Part shown: one piece after another, positions 36,118 through 45,064 of the stretch
How the letters are laid out: each line of letters begins with the position of its first letter
Position numbering within the stretch: position 1 is the first letter of the stretch
IMG/VR virus record: IMGVR_UViG_3300020183_000016
Span: 1-64,000 of that record
DNA length: 64,000 bases
DNA from: an uncultured virus (IMG/VR IMGVR_UViG_3300020183_000016)
Lineage: Duplodnaviria > Heunggongvirae > Uroviricota > Caudoviricetes
Direction: 5' to 3' (one strand)
Notes under the pieces: model-generated
Told to the model about the DNA's origin: nothing
Database searches by the model: none
What the model saw: the letters and a program-made list of their open reading frames with translations, nothing else
Translations under genes and position numbers: made by a program

Positions 36118-37500
36118 ATGGCGAAAAATGAAAGTTCTAATTTAGGTTATTTAGGATATAGTTTCCAAATAAAACTAGTAAAACAATTAATAGAGGATCA
36201 AAAATTTTCAGAAAGTATTATTTCAATAATTGACCCAAATTATTTTGATAATGAATATATGAGATTAGTTGTTGCTAGTGTTAAAAACTACTATGAAAAA
36301 TATGAAACCATACCGTCTTATGATACCATCTTTAACCTTGTTAAAACAGAAGTAAGAAGAGAAATTACCAGAGAGTCAGCAAATGAGTTAATTAAAGAAG
36401 TTAAAGATTCAGATAATAAGGATTGTTTACACACACAAGACGTTGCCATTAAGTTTTGCAAACAACAAGAGCTTAAGAAGGCTACTTTAAAAATTCAGAA
36501 AATTTTAGATACTGGAGATTTTGATAGATATGATGAGTGTGAAGAAATAGTTAAACAAGCTATAACTGTGGGTACAGAAAAAGACAATGGTGTGGATGTT
36601 TTTCACGGAATTAAAAACGTTTTATCTGCGGATTTTAGAAACCCTATCCCAACAGGATTAATTGGTATAGATAATTTAATGGGTGGAGGTTTATCAAAAG
36701 GTGAGATAGGAGTTATTTTGGCGGCGTTTGGTGTAGGTAAAACTACATTGATGACTAGAATGGCAAATACTGCATTTAAGATGGGTAAAAATGTTGTACA
36801 AATATTCTTTGAGGATACTACAGAAGTTATTCAAAGAAAACATTACACATGTTTTACTGAAGTACCTTTGAGTGAATTAGAAGACAGAAGTGATGAAGTA
36901 GAACAAAAGTTATCTAATTTTCAAGAATTACCTGGAAATTTAATTTTAAAAAGAATGCCTAGTGATGGGACAACAATACCACATATTAGACAATATCTTA
37001 AAAAATTAATTTCTAATGGTATTAAACCTGATGTTATTTTCTTAGATTACATTGACTGTGTTCAGCCAAATAAACAATTTAAAGATGAATTTAGTGGTGA
37101 AGGTAATGTAATGAGACAATTTGAAACTATGGTATCTGAATTAGGGGTGGCAGGATGGACTGCAGTACAAGGTAACAGAAGTGCTATTGGTGCGGAATTA
37201 GTAGAGGCAAATATGATGGGTGGTTCTATTAAAAAAGGACAGATTGGGCATTTTATTTTATCGGCAGCTAAAACATTGGATCAAAAAGAACAAGGAAGAG
37301 CTACTTTAGCTATACTTAAATCTAGATTTGGTAAAGACGGTGTTGTATTTGAAGACATTTTATTTGATAATGGTACATTAGTTATTGATACTAGTGATAG
37401 TAGAGATATAACGTTATTAGAACATGATAAATTGTCTAAGAAAAAAGATTCTAATTTTATACAAGAAACTTTAAACAAAAAAAGAGAATCACTTAATTAA
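36118..37500 (+). CDS. dnaB: Replicative DnaB-family helicase (T4 gp41-like)
   Basis: IPTGLIGIDNLMGGGLSKGE, Walker A AAFGVGKTT, IFLDYIDC, WTAVQGNR, LKSRFG. Confidence 0.93.
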   Translation: MAKNESSNLGYLGYSFQIKLVKQLIEDQKFSESIISIIDPNYFDNEYMRLVVASVKNYYEKYETIPSYDTIFNLVKTEVRREITRESANELIKEVKDSDNKDCLHTQDVAIKFCKQQELKKATLKIQKILDTGDFDRYDECEEIVKQAITVGTEKDNGVDVFHGIKNVLSADFRNPIPTGLIGIDNLMGGGLSKGEIGVILAAFGVGKTTLMTRMANTAFKMGKNVVQIFFEDTTEVIQRKHYTCFTEVPLSELEDRSDEVEQKLSNFQELPGNLILKRMPSDGTTIPHIRQYLKKLISNGIKPDVIFLDYIDCVQPNKQFKDEFSGEGNVMRQFETMVSELGVAGWTAVQGNRSAIGAELVEANMMGGSIKKGQIGHFILSAAKTLDQKEQGRATLAILKSRFGKDGVVFEDILFDNGTLVIDTSDSRDITLLEHDKLSKKKDSNFIQETLNKKRESLN

Positions 37501-37598
37501 AGTAAAAAAAATAAAAAAATGATGAGTTACAAATTAAGTCATATAGGAATTTACACACCAAAAATTAATAATAAAAAAAATTAAAAAACTATTAAAAA

Positions 37599-39458
37599 AT
37601 GGAATTATCAAACAGAATTTTGTCTGACATTACAGTTTATATGAAATATGCAAAATTCTTACCAGAAAAAAACAGAAGGGAGAGTTGGGAAGAATTAGTC
37701 ACTAGAAACAAAGAAATGCATCAAAAAAAATACCCTAATATTAAAGATGAAATTGAAGAGGTATATAAATTAGTGTATGATAAAAAAATATTACCATCAA
37801 TGAGAAGTTTACAATTTGGAGGTAAACCAATAGAGATATCACCTAATAGGGTATATAATTGCGCATATTTACCTATTGATCACGTTGACGCATTTTCTGA
37901 AACAATGTTTTTATTGTTAGGTGGTACTGGTGTAGGGTATTCAGTTCAAAAACATCACGTAGAAAAATTACCTGAGATTAGAAAACCTAATCCTGATAGA
38001 AAAAGAAGATACCTTATTAGTGATTCGATTGAAGGTTGGGCAGATGCAATTAAATTATTAGTTGAATCTTATTTTGGTGTAAAATCATCTACACCTATAT
38101 TTGACTATTCTGATATTAGACAAAAAGGGGCGTTATTAGTTACTTCAGGTGGTAAGGCACCTGGACCTCAACCTTTAAAAGATTGTATACATAATATTAA
38201 AAAAGTATTAGATTCTAAAAATGATGGTGAAAAATTAACACCTATTGAAACTCACGATATTATATGTCATATTGCGGACGCAGTATTGGCAGGGGGTATC
38301 CGTAGAGCTGCATTAATTAGTTTATTCTCAGCGGATGATAATGAAATGATTTCTTGTAAGTCTGGAAATTGGTGGGAATTGAATCCACAAAGAGGTAGAG
38401 CAAATAATTCGGCAGTTTTATTAAGACATAAAGTTACAAAAGAATTCTTTTTGGATCTATGGAAAAGAATTGAATTAAGTGGGGCAGGTGAACCAGGAAT
38501 TTATTTTTCAAATGATAAAGATTGGGGAACTAATCCTTGTTGTGAGATAGGTTTAAGACCATATCAGTTCTGTAATTTATGTGAGGTAAACGCTTCAGGT
38601 ATTGAATCACAAGAAGATTTTGAAAAAAGAGTTAAAGGGGCGGCGTTTATTGGAACATTACAGGCTGGTTATACTGATTTCCATTATTTAAGAGATGTAT
38701 GGAAAAGAACTACTGAAAAGGATGCACTTATTGGTGTAGGTATGACAGGTATTGGATCTGGTGTAGTTTTAGGTTATGATATGAAAGCTGCGTCTGAAGC
38801 GGTTAAAGAAGAAAACGAAAGAGTTGCAAAATTAATAGGGATTAATTCTGCAGCTAGAACTACTACAGTTAAACCATCAGGGACATCATCATTAGTTTTG
38901 GGTACTTCATCAGGTATACATGCTTGGCATAATGATTATTATGTTAGAAGAATAAGAGTGGGTAAAAATGAAGCTATTTACACATACCTTTCTATTAATC
39001 ATCCTGAATTGATAGAAGACGAAATTTTTAGACCTCATGATACTGCAGTTATATCGATACCGCAAAAATCACCAGAGGGATCTATTTTGAGGTATGAATC
39101 TCCTTTTGATTTATTAGAAAGAGTTAAAAAAGTTTCACAAGAATGGATTAAGCCAGGACATAGAGGTGGGCAAAATACTCATAATGTATCTGCAACAATT
39201 TCTTTAAAAGAAGAAGATTGGGAATTGGCTGGTGAATGGATGTGGACTAATAGAAAATTCTATAATGGTTTATCTGTTTTACCGTATAACGGAGGAACTT
39301 ACCAACAAGCACCTTTTGAAGATTGTGATAAAGAAACTTATGAAAATATGATGAAATCTTTATCATCTGTAGATTTATCTAAGGTAATTGAATTACAAGA
39401 TAATACTAATCTTTCTGGTGAGGTTGCTTGTGCAGGAGGAGCTTGTGAAATTGTTTAA
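37599..39458 (+). CDS. nrdJ: Class II (adenosylcobalamin-dependent) ribonucleotide reductase
   Basis: LPSMRSLQFGG, YNCAY, GGIRRAALI, TNPCCEI, TTVKPSGT, C-terminal CAGGACEIV; no adjacent beta subunit. Confidence 0.92.
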   Translation: MELSNRILSDITVYMKYAKFLPEKNRRESWEELVTRNKEMHQKKYPNIKDEIEEVYKLVYDKKILPSMRSLQFGGKPIEISPNRVYNCAYLPIDHVDAFSETMFLLLGGTGVGYSVQKHHVEKLPEIRKPNPDRKRRYLISDSIEGWADAIKLLVESYFGVKSSTPIFDYSDIRQKGALLVTSGGKAPGPQPLKDCIHNIKKVLDSKNDGEKLTPIETHDIICHIADAVLAGGIRRAALISLFSADDNEMISCKSGNWWELNPQRGRANNSAVLLRHKVTKEFFLDLWKRIELSGAGEPGIYFSNDKDWGTNPCCEIGLRPYQFCNLCEVNASGIESQEDFEKRVKGAAFIGTLQAGYTDFHYLRDVWKRTTEKDALIGVGMTGIGSGVVLGYDMKAASEAVKEENERVAKLIGINSAARTTTVKPSGTSSLVLGTSSGIHAWHNDYYVRRIRVGKNEAIYTYLSINHPELIEDEIFRPHDTAVISIPQKSPEGSILRYESPFDLLERVKKVSQEWIKPGHRGGQNTHNVSATISLKEEDWELAGEWMWTNRKFYNGLSVLPYNGGTYQQAPFEDCDKETYENMMKSLSSVDLSKVIELQDNTNLSGEVACAGGACEIV

Positions 39459-39461
39459 GTT

Positions 39462-39542
39462 ATGGATGTTAAATGGGGTAATGATGTAACGTTAACATAT
39501 CAAGTATTGTTAGCGTTCTATAATCAAAGAAAAAACAATTAA
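39462..39542 (+). CDS. 26-aa micro-ORF MDVKWGNDVTLTYQVLLAFYNQRKNN (not in ORF track)
   Basis: Fills the gap exactly between the RNR stop (39458) and the next ATG (39545). Confidence 0.55.
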   Translation: MDVKWGNDVTLTYQVLLAFYNQRKNN

Positions 39543-39544
39543 TA

Positions 39545-39757
39545 ATGAATGTAGGTGCGTCAAAAGATTGGATCCAACAACTATATGTAAGAGAATTTGA
39601 ACCTAAACTACAACCAAATGAATTTTATTATGATAATCAAGGTAGGATAGTGATGACTGAAGAGTATCATAAAAGAAGAGGTAGTTGTTGTGGTAGTGGT
39701 TGTAAACATTGTCCTTACGAACCTAAACATTTAAAAGGTAATACTTTTATAAAGTAA
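39545..39757 (+). CDS. Small Cys-cluster protein (DUF5522-like)
   Basis: VMTEEYHKRRGSCCGSGCKHCPY. Confidence 0.8.
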   Translation: MNVGASKDWIQQLYVREFEPKLQPNEFYYDNQGRIVMTEEYHKRRGSCCGSGCKHCPYEPKHLKGNTFIK

Positions 39758-39759
39758 AT

Positions 39760-39783
39760 AAAAGTCGGATTTCTCCGACTTTT
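39760..39783. terminator. Bidirectional intrinsic terminator
   Basis: AAAAGTCGGA-tttc-TCCGACTTTT between convergent genes. Confidence 0.9.
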
Positions 39784-40339
39784 ATTTTTTATATAATAAG
39801 GAAATCATTTCTTTATCCCTTTCTGTCATATCAACGCTTTTACTTTTTAAAATAGTATTTTTCTCATTTTCTTGATGGCAAAAACCTAAAATATGGAACA
39901 TTTCGTGTCTTATGGTTATCGGAGTACATTTATGTTTACCACACTCTATAATATCTATATGAGTTCTACATTTGACTATTTTTTTACCAGCGTGATATAT
40001 GTATGTTATTCCAGTAGAATTTTTTACATCTTTTGAACTCCAATCAAATAATTTTATGAATTCATCATCTGAAGTAAAATATATTACAGAGTTAGATTTA
40101 TCGATATCATCAACAATTGTTATTTTTATTGATTCCATAAGAGAATTAAATTCTTTTACGGTACTTACCACAGTTTCATAGTTTTCTTGAGTATAATTAC
40201 CGTAAAGAAATAATTTTATGTCTGTATTCCATTTTTCACCATAATGAGTGGCATTATCAAATTCAATTTTGGTAAAATTTTCTTGAGAAAAACAAGAGAT
40301 ACTATTTAAAATTAATAGTGATAAAAGTATTTTTTTCAT
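39782..40339 (-). CDS. Exported metzincin (matrixin-like) zinc metalloprotease (start revised to ATG 40339)
   Basis: Signal peptide MKKILLSLLILNSISCFS-Q; HEMFHILGFCH (HExxHxxGxxH). Confidence 0.85.
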   Translation of the reverse strand: MKKILLSLLILNSISCFSQENFTKIEFDNATHYGEKWNTDIKLFLYGNYTQENYETVVSTVKEFNSLMESIKITIVDDIDKSNSVIYFTSDDEFIKLFDWSSKDVKNSTGITYIYHAGKKIVKCRTHIDIIECGKHKCTPITIRHEMFHILGFCHQENEKNTILKSKSVDMTERDKEMISLLYKK

Positions 40340-40360
40340 AGTTGTTAAGTATTTATATAA

Positions 40361-40392
40361 CAAATATAATATTTATTTTTTTAACTGCCAAA
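40361..40392 (-). promoter_or_regulatory. Bacteroidota housekeeping-sigma promoter TTTG-N20-TATATTTG
   Basis: Reverse complement of CAAATATA (40361-40368) and CAAA (40389-40392). Confidence 0.75.
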
Positions 40393-40410
40393 AAAAATTA
40401 TAATTAATTT

Positions 40411-42315
40411 ATGAGGAATTTATTTGAGGAATTACAAAGGATGAAAAATTTGATGGTGTATGATAAGGGTTCATACATTATGGAAGTGAGTACCTCATCA
40501 CAACCCAATATAAATAAGAGTAGTGATAAACCTGCAACAGATAAACCTGCAGCAGATAAACCTGAACAAAATCAAGATACTAAATCATCATCAGAAGGTG
40601 GTCAAAAAACTGCAGATAAAAATGATTGTTTTTTTGTGAAAGCTACGGGAAGATTTGTGGTAGATGTCCCTACAGGATCAAAAGCAGTAGAAAATTTTAT
40701 AATAGAACTTAGAAAAGTTGTTAGTGCCAATCCTGAATACCAAGAAGCATTGGATAGTGGTACAATGTATATAAGAGATATTACGTTACAAGGTTTTGCT
40801 AGTAATTTTTATGGTGGACCTGTAGAACCCCAATTTGATAATGACTATTGTAAAAAATGGGAAATACCTCCAGATAGGAAATATGGTGGTGTTTGTACAC
40901 AATTTGAATTTAAACCTTTTAGTGGTAAAAAATTACCTAAATCCCAATATAAAGGTGATCAAGCCACCAATCAAAAATTGGCTAGAAAAAGGGCAGAGAA
41001 TTTATTTGCCGTAATTAAAGAAACTTTAGAAAAACATGGAAAAACTTATGGTATAAAATTAGATCCAACCACCGAACCTAAATATATTGAGGGGGGTAGT
41101 TTATATACTAAAGATAATGTTGATGAGTATTGGAGGACGTTAATCGCTACAGGAAAACTTAATCCTGGACAAATAGTTGCGGTAACCGCAAATGTGTGTT
41201 ATACTCTTAAAGAACCTTGTCCTGATCCTTGTATGGAAAAAGATGATTCTGGTAATTGTAAATGTCCTGAAGGTATGACATATAACGAAGAAACTAAACA
41301 ATGTGAATGTCCTCCTGAACAAATTAAAGAAGGTTGTTTATGTAAAACCAAAGAAAAAGAACCTTGTCCTGATTGTATGGAAAGGTTAGAAGAGGACGGA
41401 GAATGTGAATGTAAAAAAGGGTTATATAAAGTAGACGGTAAATGTTTTTGTGATAAGGCAGGTAAGAAATCTCCTGATGAAAATTGTGAGTGTGGTTGCC
41501 CTAAATGTATGAAACGTGATGAAAATGGTGAATGTAAATGTCCTGATGGGATGACATATAATGAAAAAACTGAAAAATGTGATTGTCCAGAAGGTAAAAT
41601 AAAACCAACAGAGGATGCGTGTAATTGTATTACACCTAAACCCCCAATAAAATGTAATCAAGAGTATAAAAAAGAAGGTGCTAGAGGAACAAAACAAAAT
41701 AATTTTGTTGCGGCAACAGTTAAAAGTAGTTTTCCTGCTGGTGCTGGTGATGTTATAACAATCGCATTTGATTCATTAGTAGTTCCTGACGCATTTTATG
41801 TTAGATATGGAGATCAAGAATTCTTTAGTGGATTTATGGGGGATGTTTATAATACAGAATATAGACAAATTGCGCTAAGTATTCCAGAAAGAAAAAAAAT
41901 GTTACCGTTACAATCAAAAACAACAAAAGAAAAGATTAAAAAATCTTTAGCTGATGGTGATAACGATTATAGTCAAATGGAAAACATTGTAAGAAATTTT
42001 GTTGGTGAATTAATAATCTATAAACGTGAAGATGGTTTATTAGAAAGTATTAATGCGGCGATTAAATCTGAGGGTGGTAAGTTAAACGTAAAAGATATAT
42101 TTAAAAATGGTGATGCTGAAGCGGAAAAAATAACCGATGACATAATAAATTCAGGAAGTATTGCGGATAACATAGGTAGATATGGTTCTATAATGAAATC
42201 AGGTGCTTCTTTTAAAATTAATAAAGAAACAGAAAATCTTGAATTAATAGTATTGGCATTTTCCCCACTAGATAGAACAATATTCAATATGCAAATTAAA
42301 TGTAGTCAAGAATAA
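40411..42315 (+). CDS. Leader-bearing protein with OmpA-C-like domain and Cys-rich repeats
   Basis: MRNLFEELQRMKNLM...YIME leader; ITLQGFAS...NQKLARKRAENL; CxC repeats; C-terminal FDSLVVPDAFYVRYG domain. Confidence 0.8.
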   Translation: MRNLFEELQRMKNLMVYDKGSYIMEVSTSSQPNINKSSDKPATDKPAADKPEQNQDTKSSSEGGQKTADKNDCFFVKATGRFVVDVPTGSKAVENFIIELRKVVSANPEYQEALDSGTMYIRDITLQGFASNFYGGPVEPQFDNDYCKKWEIPPDRKYGGVCTQFEFKPFSGKKLPKSQYKGDQATNQKLARKRAENLFAVIKETLEKHGKTYGIKLDPTTEPKYIEGGSLYTKDNVDEYWRTLIATGKLNPGQIVAVTANVCYTLKEPCPDPCMEKDDSGNCKCPEGMTYNEETKQCECPPEQIKEGCLCKTKEKEPCPDCMERLEEDGECECKKGLYKVDGKCFCDKAGKKSPDENCECGCPKCMKRDENGECKCPDGMTYNEKTEKCDCPEGKIKPTEDACNCITPKPPIKCNQEYKKEGARGTKQNNFVAATVKSSFPAGAGDVITIAFDSLVVPDAFYVRYGDQEFFSGFMGDVYNTEYRQIALSIPERKKMLPLQSKTTKEKIKKSLADGDNDYSQMENIVRNFVGELIIYKREDGLLESINAAIKSEGGKLNVKDIFKNGDAEAEKITDDIINSGSIADNIGRYGSIMKSGASFKINKETENLELIVLAFSPLDRTIFNMQIKCSQE

Positions 42316-42366
42316 TTATTTTATTATTTCTTTTCAAAAATTTTATAGTATTATATTTATATACAT

Positions 42367-42750
42367 ATGGCAAAGACTAGGTATATAAATATTGATTTTC
42401 CTTTTAGAGATGCTGGAAACGGTTTTTATTTTAAATTGAATAAAAGTGATAAAGATGCGATTAGGGCAGATTTATTACATCTTTTATTAACGAATAAAGG
42501 TGAAAGATTATATCTTCCTGATTTTGGTAGTGATTTAAAAAAATTCATTTTCGAACCAAATGATGAGATAACACATGCGGATATAAGGAATAATCTAAAT
42601 GATACAATTAAATTATATATACCTAATTTAATTATAAATGATATTTCATTTAGGAATAATGACATAGAAGAATTAATAATTGTGGAGTTAACTTATACTG
42701 TTACAGAGGGAACTTTCACAAGTACAGATACAGTAACCTTAACATTCTAA
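42367..42750 (+). CDS. Baseplate wedge subunit (T4 gp25-like)
   Basis: IDFPF, LLLTNKGERLYLPDFGSDLKKFIFEP. Confidence 0.93.
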   Translation: MAKTRYINIDFPFRDAGNGFYFKLNKSDKDAIRADLLHLLLTNKGERLYLPDFGSDLKKFIFEPNDEITHADIRNNLNDTIKLYIPNLIINDISFRNNDIEELIIVELTYTVTEGTFTSTDTVTLTF

Positions 42751-42753
42751 GAT

Positions 42754-44583
42754 ATGGTAAAAAAAATTGATTATAATGCACGTAATTTTTCTGACGTAAG
42801 ATTACAACTTATAGAATTCATTCAAAAATATTATCCAGAAATTTTTTCAGATTTTAATGATGCTTCTGTTGGTATGATGTTATTAGAATTAAACGCTGCG
42901 GTTGGAGATATGTTATCATTCCATACTGATAGAATGTTTAATGAAACTCAAATTAGTTACGCACAAGAAAGATCTTCTATATTAGAATTGGCTAGAACAT
43001 TTGGTTTAAATATACCAGGTAAAAGACCTAGTATTACTATTGTAGATTGGACTGTGACTAATATACCTGTAAATGGTGATACATTTGATATAAGTTATGC
43101 ACCTAAAATTTTAAAAGGTTCACAGGCAACAGGTGCAGGTAAAGTATTTGAACTTATTGAGGATTGTGATTTTTCATCTCCTTTCACTACTGGAGGAATA
43201 CCTAACAGATTAGTAATACCTAATATTGACGGTAATGGAATTATCCAAAACTACTCACTTACAAAAAGAGAAATAATGTTAAATGGTTTTACTAAAATTT
43301 ATAAAAAAACATTAGGTAGGGGAGATTATAGACCATTTTTAGAAATAATATTACCAGAAGATAATGTCTTATCTATTGAAAATATTATAATAAAAGAAGG
43401 TACTAACTTTGTAAATAACCCAACAGAAGATGAATTTTCTAATTTTGATTTAAGTTGGTATGAGGTACCTGCATTGGCACAGGCAGAAATTTATATTGAG
43501 GATGAAAATGCGGTATCAGATAGAGAAGGTGTAGTTGTCGGAAAATGGAAAAATGCACCTAAAAGGTTCATAAAAGAATTTACAGATAATGGATTTTGTA
43601 AAATTACTTTTGGTGCAGGTGATGCCGATATTTCTGAATTAAATGATTTTGTAGGATGTAGAGGACAAATAGATAGAATAGGTAGAGTAGTAAATAACCT
43701 TTCTTTAGGTGAGATACCACAAACAAATAATACTTTATATGTAAGGTATAGAATAGGTGGGGGACAAGATTCTAATATTGGTCCTAACACAATAACTACT
43801 TTGGGTACAGTTAGTACAATTATTAATGGAGACGATTCCAATATAAATAGAATTATTAGTAATAGTATTAGTGTTAATAACCCAATTCCTGCGTTAGGTG
43901 GTAAAGAAGAACCATCTGTGGAAGAAATAAGAAATTTAGTTAAATATAATTTTTCGGCACAAAATAGATGTGTAACTATAAAAGATTATCAAAGTAGAAT
44001 ACCATTGATGCCTGGTAAATTTGGAGTTCCTTTTAGAACAGGTGTGTGGGAAGAAAGAAATAAAATAAATGTTTATATATTAGCATTAGACGCTAGTAGT
44101 AAATTAACTACTGAAGCCACTTCAGCATTAAAACAAAATATTGCCGAATATTTGGCTGATTTTAGAATGATAAATGATTATGTTACGGTTAAAAATGGTA
44201 GGGTAATAAATTTAGGTTTTGAGGTAGATATTTTTGCAGATAAGGCAGTACCAAAAGGAGAAGTTATTTCAGGGGTTATTTCATCTATTACACAATATTT
44301 TGATATAAATAAATGGGAAATGGGTGATAATATCTATCTTTCACAATTAGTTGAAAATATTAACAATGTGGCAGGTGTATTAAATGTTACCGATCTTAGA
44401 GTTTATAATAAAGTTAACGAAAATGGTAAATATTCTTTAAATGAGATAGCTCAACCATATATTGATGATGTTACAAGACAAATTGATTTATTAGGTAGAT
44501 ATACTTTATTCGGTGCACCTAATGCGATGTTTGAGATTAAATACCCAAATAAAGATATTAAAGTTACAATTTCAACCTCATAG
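42754..44583 (+). CDS. Baseplate wedge subunit (T4 gp6 / Baseplate J-like)
   Basis: YNARNFSDVR, DFNDASVGMMLLEL.AAVGD.LSF, FGAG, YRIGGG..SN, ALGGKEEPSVEEIR, AQNRCVTIKDY. Confidence 0.93.
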   Translation: MVKKIDYNARNFSDVRLQLIEFIQKYYPEIFSDFNDASVGMMLLELNAAVGDMLSFHTDRMFNETQISYAQERSSILELARTFGLNIPGKRPSITIVDWTVTNIPVNGDTFDISYAPKILKGSQATGAGKVFELIEDCDFSSPFTTGGIPNRLVIPNIDGNGIIQNYSLTKREIMLNGFTKIYKKTLGRGDYRPFLEIILPEDNVLSIENIIIKEGTNFVNNPTEDEFSNFDLSWYEVPALAQAEIYIEDENAVSDREGVVVGKWKNAPKRFIKEFTDNGFCKITFGAGDADISELNDFVGCRGQIDRIGRVVNNLSLGEIPQTNNTLYVRYRIGGGQDSNIGPNTITTLGTVSTIINGDDSNINRIISNSISVNNPIPALGGKEEPSVEEIRNLVKYNFSAQNRCVTIKDYQSRIPLMPGKFGVPFRTGVWEERNKINVYILALDASSKLTTEATSALKQNIAEYLADFRMINDYVTVKNGRVINLGFEVDIFADKAVPKGEVISGVISSITQYFDINKWEMGDNIYLSQLVENINNVAGVLNVTDLRVYNKVNENGKYSLNEIAQPYIDDVTRQIDLLGRYTLFGAPNAMFEIKYPNKDIKVTISTS

Positions 44584-44633
44584 TAATTACTTTTTTAAAA
44601 AAATAATTAGTTTTAATAAAAAAAATTAAAGTT

Positions 44634-45041
44634 ATGGAATGTAAAACATGTAATCAAAAAAGTAAAAAAGGGGGTAAACAAAATCAAACTATGGATATTA
44701 ATTTAATTCCTGAATCAATTCAGAATGGGAATTATAATGGTAATTTCTTTTTTAAAATCATTGCGTTTTTATCGATAGTGGTTGTATTACCACTAATTAT
44801 TTTAGTTTTAGTTGGACAAATTTTTATGACATTCTTTTTACCAAAGTCTTTACCTAAAGTAAGTAAAAAATTTAAAGACTTTTTTATTGGTATTTTAACT
44901 TCTTATGCGAAATTTAAACATAACAGAGAAGTTAAGAAACGTGAAAGACAATTTAAAGATACAGTTTCTTACAAAGAAAAAAAAGAAAATAAAACTAAAA
45001 CAGAATTTGATGATATAGAAATTTTTGAAAATAAAAAATAA
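44634..45041 (+). CDS. Small membrane protein with N-terminal CxxC
   Basis: MECKTC; hydrophobic IIAFLSIVVVLPLIILVLVGQIFMTFFL. Confidence 0.8.
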   Translation: MECKTCNQKSKKGGKQNQTMDINLIPESIQNGNYNGNFFFKIIAFLSIVVVLPLIILVLVGQIFMTFFLPKSLPKVSKKFKDFFIGILTSYAKFKHNREVKKRERQFKDTVSYKEKKENKTKTEFDDIEIFENKK

Positions 45042-45064
45042 TAAAAGGATAAAATGATATTAAT

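Noticed and set aside
37501..37598. Cobalamin riboswitch or 21-aa uORF upstream of nrdJ
   Set aside because: Too short and A-rich for the riboswitch fold; the uORF (37519-37584) has no supporting features.
33498..39458. Inteins, introns or homing endonucleases in UvsX, helicase or RNR
   Set aside because: Proteins are of compact expected length with contiguous motifs; no intein or endonuclease signatures seen.
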